A stretch of 64,000 bases of DNA from Bacilli bacterium (lineage in GTDB: Bacteria; Bacillota_I; Bacilli_A; RF39; UBA660): positions 155,462 through 219,461 of the forward strand of contig JAZQBG010000003.1 of the NCBI GenBank assembly GCA_045545595.1. The letters are read 5' to 3'. The stretch's first letter is position 1. Each line of letters begins with the position of its first letter. Positions 55,703 through 64,000 of this stretch are shown piece by piece. The notes below the pieces were generated by a model. It saw nothing but the letters and a program-made list of their open reading frames with translations. It was not told the DNA's origin and did not search any database. The position numbers and the translations under genes were made by a program.

Positions 55703-55796
55703 ATTATTACCTCCATAATATACTTATAATAATACAGCATAAAAATTATGAGATAATTATTAAATAATTAAAAACAATTAAGATTTATTATAAACC

Positions 55797-56831
55797 TTAA
55801 TCGTTCTTATCTAAACTATCATATTCATCATAGATATTGCCAACAATTTCTTCTACAGCATCTTCAATAGTAACTATTCCTATAAAATTTTTATCATCAA
55901 ATATTGCACACATACTTTCGTTTAACTCTTGCATCTTACGAAATACATCATCTATTTTTTCGCTCTGTGAAAACTTATGGATTGGTCTTATTATTTCTTT
56001 TAAATTAATATCTTCATTTTTATTTTTTTCAATTATAAAATCTTTTACATTTAACACACCAATGATATTATTCTTATTTTTTTCAAATACAGGAAATCTA
56101 GAAAATTTAGTTTCTTTAATTTTTAAAATACTATCCTTCAAAGGAGCATCTATATCTATTAATATTACATCCTTTTTGGGAGTCATAACTTTGTTAACAT
56201 TTACATCATTAAAATTAAAGATATTAAGAATATATTCTTTTTCTTTTTCCTCTATAATTCCTTGTTCTTTGCCAAGAAGAACCATTTTCTTTATATCTTC
56301 CTCTGTCAACGTATCATCTTTTTCTTTTATTTTTAACAACTTACAAATTAATTCAGTTGAAAAAGTTAAAAACTTTATTAATGGATAAAATACAACTCTA
56401 ACTATATTTATTATACTAACAAATGTTCTCGCTATTTTATAAGGATCATTTATTGCTATTTTTTTTGGAACTAATTCACCAAATACCAATGTAAAGTATG
56501 ATAGTACAATAGTTATTAAAATAACCAATACACTTCTTAAAACTGATGTTGAAAGAAATGAAATATTTATTATTTTTAAAAAGTAATCGGCAAAATAGTC
56601 TGCCGCAAATGCACTTGCTAAAAATCCAGCTAAAGTTATTCCTATTTGTATTGTTGATAAAAATGTAGATGGATCTGATAATATTTTATTTATAGAGATT
56701 GCTTTTTTATCACCTTTTTTTGTATCTTCTTTCAATTTAATTTTATCAAGCGATAGAAATGCTAACTCACTAGCTGAAAATATACCATTGATGCCAATTA
56801 AAACAATTAATAAAATTACACTTAAAAACAT
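55797..56831 (-). CDS. CNNM/DUF21 transmembrane domain + tandem CBS domain protein (HlyC/CorC-type hemolysin-family)
   Basis: N-terminal LIVLIGINGIFSASELAFLS (DUF21 start signature), four TMs, CBS pair at C-terminus. Confidence 0.8.
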   Translation of the reverse strand: MFLSVILLIVLIGINGIFSASELAFLSLDKIKLKEDTKKGDKKAISINKILSDPSTFLSTIQIGITLAGFLASAFAADYFADYFLKIINISFLSTSVLRSVLVILITIVLSYFTLVFGELVPKKIAINDPYKIARTFVSIINIVRVVFYPLIKFLTFSTELICKLLKIKEKDDTLTEEDIKKMVLLGKEQGIIEEKEKEYILNIFNFNDVNVNKVMTPKKDVILIDIDAPLKDSILKIKETKFSRFPVFEKNKNNIIGVLNVKDFIIEKNKNEDINLKEIIRPIHKFSQSEKIDDVFRKMQELNESMCAIFDDKNFIGIVTIEDAVEEIVGNIYDEYDSLDKND

Positions 56832-56907
56832 ATTATCATCCTTTTTTAACTTATATATATTATAACATATATTAAATTATTTTCTCACATTATAAACTAT
56901 TATTTTA

Positions 56908-57846
56908 TTATCGTATTAAAATATATACCATATACAAAGCATACATTAATAATAAAATTAAACTTCTCTTTTTATCTACTCTATTATGTTTTCTTAATAC
57001 AAAATAGACTACCACGCTTGCAAAGACCATAACGAACACATCCAAAAATGCCTTAATATCAAAATTAATTGGACTAATTGCACTTGATAAACCAAGTACA
57101 AATAAAATATTAAATATGTTTGAACCTACCACATTTCCTATCGCAATATCTGATTCACCCTTTTTAACTGCTACAATAGAAGTTACTATTTCTGGTAAAG
57201 ATGTTCCTATTGCAACAATTGTTAATCCAATAATTCTTTCACTTATGTTAAACATATTTGCAATATCAGTTGCACTATTAACAACTAATTGACCGCCTAT
57301 AATTATCCCAATTAACCCAACGACAATTAATATTATATCTTTGAATTTAAAATTTGTTTTTTCTTCAGTTTTATTTATCGATTTGACTGTATCTCCAATT
57401 AATACATATAAATATAATATTAAAAATCCTAATAACATTAATCCATTGATTCTAGTAATAATACCTGTTGCATCTCCTGAAACATAAAATGCAAAAGTAA
57501 GTATTAATAAAACTACACTTGAAAATATCAAGAATCTAAAATCTCTTGTCATAACTTTCTTTTTAGCTGTTAATGTACCAAACAAACCACTAAGACCTAA
57601 AACAAGAAGTAAGTTACTTATATTTGAACCAACGACATTGCCTAAAGAAATATCATTCATTCCTTTTATAGATGCAGTGATGCTAACAGCAGCTTCAGGA
57701 GCACTTGTCCCTAAAGCTACAATTGTAAGCCCAACTATTAATGCAGGTATCCTTAATGCTTTTGCTATGTTAGAACTACCTTCAACAAACCAATCAGCAC
57801 ATTTTACTAATAAAATGAATCCTATTATTATTAATACAAAACTCAC
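56908..57846 (-). CDS. Ca2+/Na+ antiporter (CaCA family, YrbG-like)
   Basis: Duplicated alpha-repeat motifs GTSAPEAAVSI and GTSLPEIVTSI. Confidence 0.85.
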   Translation of the reverse strand: MSFVLIIIGFILLVKCADWFVEGSSNIAKALRIPALIVGLTIVALGTSAPEAAVSITASIKGMNDISLGNVVGSNISNLLLVLGLSGLFGTLTAKKKVMTRDFRFLIFSSVVLLILTFAFYVSGDATGIITRINGLMLLGFLILYLYVLIGDTVKSINKTEEKTNFKFKDIILIVVGLIGIIIGGQLVVNSATDIANMFNISERIIGLTIVAIGTSLPEIVTSIVAVKKGESDIAIGNVVGSNIFNILFVLGLSSAISPINFDIKAFLDVFVMVFASVVVYFVLRKHNRVDKKRSLILLLMYALYMVYILIR

Positions 57847-57915
57847 AAGTGATTGCTCCTTTCAGGCAAAAACAAGCCTTTGACTATTAGTCTTGTTTTA
57901 TCTATTTTCAATACA

Positions 57916-60543
57916 TTAATTTGAATTTCTTATTGAATTATTAATTTTTTTGTAAATTTCCATAACCACCAATATTAATAATGCTATTAAAAACAAATAA
58001 ATTAGATGAGTAAATGGTATTGATACAGTTTGCAAGAAATTAGAAAAGAATGGAACTTCCATTACTATAACTTGTAAAATTATAGAAACTGTTACTCCTC
58101 CTACTATTAACCAATTGTTTTTTAACGGCAAACTAAATGCTGATTTATGTTCACTTCTGCAATTAAACACATGAATATTTTGAATAAATACCATTAATGC
58201 CATAATATATCCACGAGCCATTGATACTTCCATGTTTAACTTATTTAATAAGAAATACCACACAACAAATACTACTACTCCAATGATTAATCCAGATACA
58301 AAAATTTCTTGAAATAATTCTTTATTAAATATTGATTCTTTTGGATCACGAGGACGCTCTTTTAAAACTCCTTTTTCAGCTTTTTCAAACGATAAAGCAA
58401 AGTCTTGAATACCATCTGTTACTACATTTATCCATAATAATTGAATTGCAACAAGAGGCATTGGTAAATCTAATATTATAGATAGACAGAAGAATGTTAC
58501 TTCAGCAAGTCCACATGATATTAAGAATAAAATAATTTTACGAATATTAGCATACGCCACACGACCTTCTTTTATACCCGCAACAATTGATTTAAAATTA
58601 TCATCAACTATTATCATATCGGCGGTTTCTCTTGCTATATCAGTTCCACTTCCCATAGCAATTCCGATATTAGCAGCTTTTAATGCAGGAGCATCATTTA
58701 CTCCGTCCCCTGTTACCGCAACAAATTCTCCTTGTCTTTTTAATGATTCAACTATTTTTAATTTTTGTAATGGAGTAACTCTGGCAAATACAAATTTGCG
58801 ACGAATGAAATTATCAAAACTCTTTTCTCCTTTTTCAAACTCTTCATCTACTTCTATACCTGTTGTTACTTCACTATAATCATTTGTAAGTTTTAAATCT
58901 TTTGCAATTGAGAATGCTGTTAAAGGATGATCCCCTGTAATCATTAAAACTTTAATTCCTGCTGTACGACATTCATTGATTGAAGCAACCGCTTCTTTTC
59001 TAATTGGATCAATAAATCCAACCATTCCCATAAAAGTTAAATCTTTTATATCATCAGTAGTATATTTATCTTGCTTTCTTATTTTACCATTAGCAAGAGC
59101 AATAACACGATAACCATCTTTTGCTAATCCCTCATTTTGTTCTTCTAAAATCGTTGATTTCATGCCATCGTTAATTAAATTAATATCAGTACAGAATCCT
59201 TTTACTACTTCTAAAGAACCCTTAACTGTACAATATGTTTCTCCATCTTTTTCATAAAATACTGCCGAATATTTATTTTCAGATTCATAAGGAATTATTT
59301 CTAAATTTTTAATCCTATGAGTTTCTATATTAAGTTTCTTACCTAATACTTTAAATGCAATATCAATTGAATCACCTATTGTTTGATGTTCGTCTACATC
59401 AGATTCATTATTAATAACACCAAGTAGTGCGATTTCACGAGCTAATTCAATATTATTTCCTGTTACTTCGCCTTCAAAACTAAATCCAGTACCAGAGATA
59501 TTGTATTCATCATTATTTGGTAAAAGTATTTTTTTAGCTGTTTGCTCATTAACAGTTAGAGTACCTGTTTTATCACTTGCTATTACAGTACAACTTCCAA
59601 GTGATTCAGCAGATTTTAACTTTCTAACAATTACATTTTTCTTAGCCATTTTATTAGATGCAATAGTTAGTGCCATAGTAAGTGCTAAAGGTAATCCCTC
59701 AGGCATTGCAGAAACTGCAAGTGCAATTACTGATAAGAATATTTCATGATAAGGAACATCTTTTATTATGAGTAATACCGCTATAACAACAGCAACTATT
59801 AATACCAACATACTAATTTGTTTTGATAGTTTTTCTACCCTAATAGTAAGTGGAGATTTTTCTTCTTCTGCATTATTTATACTATCAGCAATTTTACCTA
59901 TTTCAGTTCTAATTCCAATACTTACAACAATTGCTTTAGCTCTCCCTGTTACAACAGTTGTTCCAGAAAAAGCCATATTACTTTGCTCTGCAATAATAAC
60001 ATTGTCCTTATTAATCACTTCACTATTTTTATTTACTTGTACACTTTCACCAGTTAATATAGATTCATCTATCATTAAATTATGTGCCTCGACAATTCTC
60101 ATATCAGCACTTATCTTATCTCCTGATTCTAATAGTACATAATCACCTATTGTTAAATCTTCGGCATCAATAGATATTACATCATCATCTCTAACAACTT
60201 TTACTTTTGTTGTTACAAGTTTTGCTAATGCCTCCGCTGTATTATTAGCTTTATTTTCTTGATATGTTCCCATAACAGCATCTACTAATACTATAAACAA
60301 TATTGCAATAGCATCTACGACTTCACCAGCGATTAAAGATGCAACAATAGCTACTAATAATAAAATAACCATAGGATCTTTGAATTCGCTAAAAAATATT
60401 TTTAAAATACTATCTTTTTGTTTTTTGGGCAATATATTTTTTCCATATTTTTGTTGCCTAACTATAACTTCTTCTTTACTTAATCCTTTGTTGCTTGTTT
60501 GCAATTCTTTTTCAAGTTCTTCAATATTTTTATTATAATACAT
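57916..60543 (-). CDS. P-type ATPase, type IIA-like (Ca2+-transporting)
   Basis: DKTGTLT phosphorylation motif. TGDGVNDAPALK hinge. PEGLP TM4 motif. ~875 aa. Confidence 0.9.
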   Translation of the reverse strand: MYYNKNIEELEKELQTSNKGLSKEEVIVRQQKYGKNILPKKQKDSILKIFFSEFKDPMVILLLVAIVASLIAGEVVDAIAILFIVLVDAVMGTYQENKANNTAEALAKLVTTKVKVVRDDDVISIDAEDLTIGDYVLLESGDKISADMRIVEAHNLMIDESILTGESVQVNKNSEVINKDNVIIAEQSNMAFSGTTVVTGRAKAIVVSIGIRTEIGKIADSINNAEEEKSPLTIRVEKLSKQISMLVLIVAVVIAVLLIIKDVPYHEIFLSVIALAVSAMPEGLPLALTMALTIASNKMAKKNVIVRKLKSAESLGSCTVIASDKTGTLTVNEQTAKKILLPNNDEYNISGTGFSFEGEVTGNNIELAREIALLGVINNESDVDEHQTIGDSIDIAFKVLGKKLNIETHRIKNLEIIPYESENKYSAVFYEKDGETYCTVKGSLEVVKGFCTDINLINDGMKSTILEEQNEGLAKDGYRVIALANGKIRKQDKYTTDDIKDLTFMGMVGFIDPIRKEAVASINECRTAGIKVLMITGDHPLTAFSIAKDLKLTNDYSEVTTGIEVDEEFEKGEKSFDNFIRRKFVFARVTPLQKLKIVESLKRQGEFVAVTGDGVNDAPALKAANIGIAMGSGTDIARETADMIIVDDNFKSIVAGIKEGRVAYANIRKIILFLISCGLAEVTFFCLSIILDLPMPLVAIQLLWINVVTDGIQDFALSFEKAEKGVLKERPRDPKESIFNKELFQEIFVSGLIIGVVVFVVWYFLLNKLNMEVSMARGYIMALMVFIQNIHVFNCRSEHKSAFSLPLKNNWLIVGGVTVSIILQVIVMEVPFFSNFLQTVSIPFTHLIYLFLIALLILVVMEIYKKINNSIRNSN

Positions 60544-60689
60544 TCTCTAATTCTCCTTATCTAATAATATAATTCTTTTATTTTTTTCTTTTTTTAGATA
60601 AAAGTATTTTACCTACTTATTTATTTTGTACTAATTAAAAATATACAGTATAAAAATTATAATATAATTATCAATTTATTAAGAATTAT

Positions 60690-60721
60690 TAAAAAAGAGC
60701 AATTACTCTTTTGGTTGCTCT
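60690..60721 (-). terminator. intrinsic terminator overlapping the stop codon of the 60703..61968 histidine kinase
   Basis: AGAGCAA-12 nt loop-UUGCUCU followed by UUUUUAAUAAUUCUU. Confidence 0.5.
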
Positions 60722-61968
60722 TTAGGTATTGTAAATTCTATTGTTAATCCTAGATTATTATATGCTTTAATTGTTCCTCCATGCATCTCTACAAATTCTT
60801 TACAGATTGATAATCCCAGACCTGATATTTTTCTTGAATTATCTGTTGTAAATAATGGATCGAAGATTTTATTAAGGATATTTTCATCAACACCTTTACC
60901 ATTATCAGAAATTATAAATTTATAATAATCTTTTATAGATTCAACTTTAATCTTTATCCTGCCATTTGTTTTAATATAACGGACACTATTATCAATTATA
61001 TTAGAAAGAATTCTTCTAATTCTTTTAACATCTATTTTAATTAAATCATCTGTACAATTAGACTCTATCATAAGTTTAATATTGGCATTTTTTAAATCAA
61101 ACTCATAATCTTCTTTGATTTGATTTAATAGATCTTCTATTTTTACAGATTTTAGTTTTAAGGATTGAGAAGTATTATTTACAAGATATTCATCAAAATT
61201 ATTCAAAATATCTTTCATGTTTTTTGCTTTTGAATTTATTTTTTCATTATATTTTGACATTTGCTCTTTTGTCATATCTTTTTCTATCATTAAATTAGAA
61301 TAACCAATTACAGAAGTAAGAGGAGTTTTTAAATCATGTGATATACTAGCAATTATTCTATTTTGTTCTTTTTTTTCTTCTTCCAACGCATCAGTTAGAG
61401 AAATAAATTCGTCTTGAAGAACAGATATTTCATTGTGGACCTTTGGCATTTTTTGAGGTTTTTTTCCAAATTTATAATCTTGCATATCTGATCCTAATTT
61501 CTTTAAAGGAATAATTAAAGTTTTATTAAGTACAAATACCGAAATAAGCGCAATTCCAATTGCTACAATACCATGTGCCTTTAAAAATCCTATTGCTAAA
61601 TTAGATATATCAAAAGCATTATTACTATATATTTTAAGTAAATAATTTTTATTATTTATTTCTATCAGTTCTGAAAATATATTAGAATGTTCTTTTTTAT
61701 TTACAATATTTTGATCTATATGATGTTCTTCACTTTCAATACTATAAGATATTTCAGGAATACTATCCAATTCAACCACCAACTCTTCATAACTTTCATA
61801 TTTTTTATCGTAGAATTGATGATATACCATTTCTTCTTGCTCTCTTAAAATTTCTTCTTTAGGATTAAAGTATAAAAGTTTCCAAACAAATATAGTTGAA
61901 ATATTTAATACTGCAAGTAATGTAAAGAAAACATAAATAAATTTTCTTAAAGTTTTTTTATTTTTCAT
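60703..61968 (-). CDS. sensor histidine kinase
   Basis: Two TM helices. H-box ISHDLKTPLTSVIGY. G-box SGLGLSICKEFVEMHGG. Confidence 0.85.
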   Translation of the reverse strand: MKNKKTLRKFIYVFFTLLAVLNISTIFVWKLLYFNPKEEILREQEEMVYHQFYDKKYESYEELVVELDSIPEISYSIESEEHHIDQNIVNKKEHSNIFSELIEINNKNYLLKIYSNNAFDISNLAIGFLKAHGIVAIGIALISVFVLNKTLIIPLKKLGSDMQDYKFGKKPQKMPKVHNEISVLQDEFISLTDALEEEKKEQNRIIASISHDLKTPLTSVIGYSNLMIEKDMTKEQMSKYNEKINSKAKNMKDILNNFDEYLVNNTSQSLKLKSVKIEDLLNQIKEDYEFDLKNANIKLMIESNCTDDLIKIDVKRIRRILSNIIDNSVRYIKTNGRIKIKVESIKDYYKFIISDNGKGVDENILNKIFDPLFTTDNSRKISGLGLSICKEFVEMHGGTIKAYNNLGLTIEFTIPKEQPKE

Positions 61969-62653
61969 CCTTAAAATCCCTTACAAATTTATAACCATAG
62001 CCCCATATAGTTATAATGTACTTGTTATTATCTTGTAATTTATCTCTTAAACTTTTGATATTTACAGCAACAGTACCTATATCACCATAATCAAATCCCC
62101 AAACACTTTCAAAGATTTTTTCTTTTGATAATGATATACCTGCATTTTTCATTAGATATTTTAATAACTCATATTCTCTTGTAGATAGAATTATCCTTTC
62201 TCCATTTTTAGTAACTTCTAAACTTTCTTCATTTAATGATATTTCTCCGATTGTTATTATTTTTCCATTACCACTTGATTTACTTCTTTTATTCATTCTA
62301 AGATGTGATTTAACTTTTAACACAAGATCAATATTCTCAAATGGCTTTGTTATGTAATCATCTCCACCTATTTCATATCCTAACATTCTATCAACTGTTT
62401 CTTTTTTTGCAGATAAGAATATAATTGGAACATCTATTTTATCACGAATCTTTAAACATAATTCCGTACCACTTAATTCAGGCATCATAATATCAAGTAA
62501 TATTAAATCATATTCTCCGCTACCATTTTCTAATAATTTTAGTGCTTCTAATGGATTATTTATTATATCCGATTCAATTTGTTCTTGTTCTAAAACCAAA
62601 GACACTAATTCTGAAATATCTTTATCATCATCTACAATTAATACTTTTGCCAT
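61958..62653 (-). CDS. OmpR-family response regulator
   Basis: Receiver VLIVDDDKD ... LDIMMPELSG ... KPF plus winged-helix C-terminus. Confidence 0.9.
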   Translation of the reverse strand: MAKVLIVDDDKDISELVSLVLEQEQIESDIINNPLEALKLLENGSGEYDLILLDIMMPELSGTELCLKIRDKIDVPIIFLSAKKETVDRMLGYEIGGDDYITKPFENIDLVLKVKSHLRMNKRSKSSGNGKIITIGEISLNEESLEVTKNGERIILSTREYELLKYLMKNAGISLSKEKIFESVWGFDYGDIGTVAVNIKSLRDKLQDNNKYIITIWGYGYKFVRDFKDEK

Positions 62654-62732
62654 AAACTTCCCTCCTTTATATAAATACCTCTTTGTAAAGTAAGTTTACA
62701 CATATATATTATACAACAAAAATATACATTTT

Positions 62733-63194
62733 TTATACCTTGTTCACTATAATTTCACTATTTATTAATTTTTTTAGTGTTCTTCTTTTTTTTCTTCCTT
62801 CCATATCAGAAAATATTTCCAATTCTGCCATTGCCCATATTAATACCCAACCACAAATTAGGACAACTTCTCTAAATACTTCTCCTTTAATTAAAGTTGA
62901 AATAAACAATATTATTACACCTATGATTAAATAAATTAATTGGATAGCGCTAATATGCAAATGTTTCTTATAACTTTTTTCATATTCATTTTTTAAGCTT
63001 TGTTTTATTAATTTTTTACAATCTACATTTTCGCACAACTTGTTGTTGATTATAATTTTTAAGTTATCATCTTTTCTAAATTCTGGTGTTTCTTCAATTA
63101 TATAGTTAATTAAAGGTTTTGAAACTTTTTTTCTATTGTGTCTTTCAAATAAATCGTATGTTTCTAATATATCTACTTCAATTACTTTTTCCAT
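62733..63194 (-). CDS. hypothetical membrane protein (2 C-terminal TM)
   Basis: ORF in track; hydrophobic segments. Confidence 0.45.
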   Translation of the reverse strand: MEKVIEVDILETYDLFERHNRKKVSKPLINYIIEETPEFRKDDNLKIIINNKLCENVDCKKLIKQSLKNEYEKSYKKHLHISAIQLIYLIIGVIILFISTLIKGEVFREVVLICGWVLIWAMAELEIFSDMEGRKKRRTLKKLINSEIIVNKV

Positions 63195-63994
63195 TACACA
63201 CTAACTTCTTTCCTTTTAGTCATTAAATTACCTGCTAATTTATATTTTTCTTCATTTTTGACATATAAATATCCAAAAACACTAAATGCTACAGCACCAA
63301 TAAAATTAACAATTAAATCAGACATTGTATCATGAAGACCAATATCTAAATAACCATCAAATCTTACTAATTCATTATTATTCTCATCATAAGCTATTGT
63401 ATAATCAATTCCATCTATTGTAACAACATTATTATCAAACTCTGGATCTAAATCTACCGTGTTTATTACATTAACATATTCATCTTTTTGCATATCTGTT
63501 TTAAATACCACATCCATACCGTATTCAAACATTTCCCATGCTATTCCTACGGTCATTGAAAAACAAAATGAAACCAAAGCAACAAATATTGGAGATAACT
63601 TCATAAATCGAGTTTTCTTATTTAATAAATATATTAAAGAAAATCCTATACTACCACATAAAAATCCATTTACTGTATGCAATGCTACATCCCAAAAAGG
63701 AACTGTACCATAAAAATTGTTTATTTCACCTAATATTTCTGCTGAAAATATAAATACAAATACAATTCTTTCTAAAACGCTGGGAAAATCAATCTTAAAT
63801 GTTCTTTCAATAATATAAGGCAATAGAAATAAAAATAAAGTTAAGATACAAAACATTACATTTTCAAAATCACCATTTAGTATTTCTCTAATCATACAAA
63901 TTACGATTAATACTCTTAAAAATATAAATACAAATAATGACTTTTTATCATTTTCTTTAAAAAATCTTTTAATTATTTCAAACACTTTCTTCAT
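63194..63994 (-). CDS. hypothetical polytopic membrane protein
   Basis: ORF in track; several TM helices and an acidic extracytoplasmic segment. Confidence 0.5.
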   Translation of the reverse strand: MKKVFEIIKRFFKENDKKSLFVFIFLRVLIVICMIREILNGDFENVMFCILTLFLFLLPYIIERTFKIDFPSVLERIVFVFIFSAEILGEINNFYGTVPFWDVALHTVNGFLCGSIGFSLIYLLNKKTRFMKLSPIFVALVSFCFSMTVGIAWEMFEYGMDVVFKTDMQKDEYVNVINTVDLDPEFDNNVVTIDGIDYTIAYDENNNELVRFDGYLDIGLHDTMSDLIVNFIGAVAFSVFGYLYVKNEEKYKLAGNLMTKRKEVSV

Positions 63995-64000
63995 AACTAC

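Noticed and set aside
1-64000. CRISPR arrays, rRNA/tRNA genes, insertion sequences with transposases
   Set aside because: No regularly spaced direct repeats, no tRNA cloverleaf-compatible GC-rich segments, and no transposase-like ORFs (DDE or HUH) were found anywhere in the window.

Overview
The window is AT-rich (low GC by eye, typical of Clostridia-type Firmicutes) and almost every gene is on the minus strand. All calls rest on reading motifs in the supplied translations and the nucleotide sequence; no searches were run.

Positions 1 to about 34.7 kb hold a large segment of a Gram-positive conjugative element (ICE or integrated plasmid).
- 1 to 13 kb looks like a leading-region island: an ArdC anti-restriction protein, an orphan beta-class DPPY DNA methyltransferase, an XRE regulator, a HAD 5'(3')-deoxyribonucleotidase fusion, a protein carrying a serine-recombinase catalytic-domain look-alike with the catalytic Ser replaced by Ala, and many small acidic ORFs of unknown function.
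- 10.5 to 21 kb holds a complete Firmicutes-type type IV secretion module: a VirD4-family coupling protein, VirB4 ATPase, CHAP cell-wall hydrolase, PrgI/VirB6-like membrane proteins and a PcfJ-like protein.
- 22.3 to 25.6 kb is a 1116-aa zinc-finger plus TOPRIM primase with a long uncharacterised C-terminal extension.
- 27.6 to 34.6 kb encodes two giant surface proteins, one with about 13 Listeria-Bacteroides-type repeats and one with a papain-like Cys/His domain, CnaB-like domains and a sortase-signal-like tail.
- No relaxase, integrase or oriT is visible inside the window.

Next come a UmuC-like Y-family polymerase and a YolD-like gene at 34.9 to 36.9 kb. From about 37 kb the genes look chromosomal:
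- A two-component system plus a MacB/FtsX-type ABC transporter, co-transcribed with a beta-helix surface protein and a small PNGNM-repeat membrane protein.
- A GT8 glycosyltransferase fused to a DedA/TVP38-family membrane domain.
- An unusual six-gene operon: carrier protein, CocE/NonD hydrolase, Pta-type phosphotransacylase, butyrate kinase, membrane protein and a DapB-like amine dehydrogenase. Upstream is a 530-bp leader holding a Leu-rich 28-codon leader ORF, hairpins and an intrinsic terminator.
- An orphan CheY-like receiver gene, the only plus-strand gene.
- hsp20 and htpG, behind a near-consensus sigma-A promoter overlapped by a CIRCE-like inverted repeat.
- A MarR regulator with a radical SAM enzyme.
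- A Ca2+-handling cluster (CNNM/CBS protein, CaCA antiporter, P-type Ca-ATPase), followed by a second two-component system.

Several Rho-independent terminators delimit the operons.
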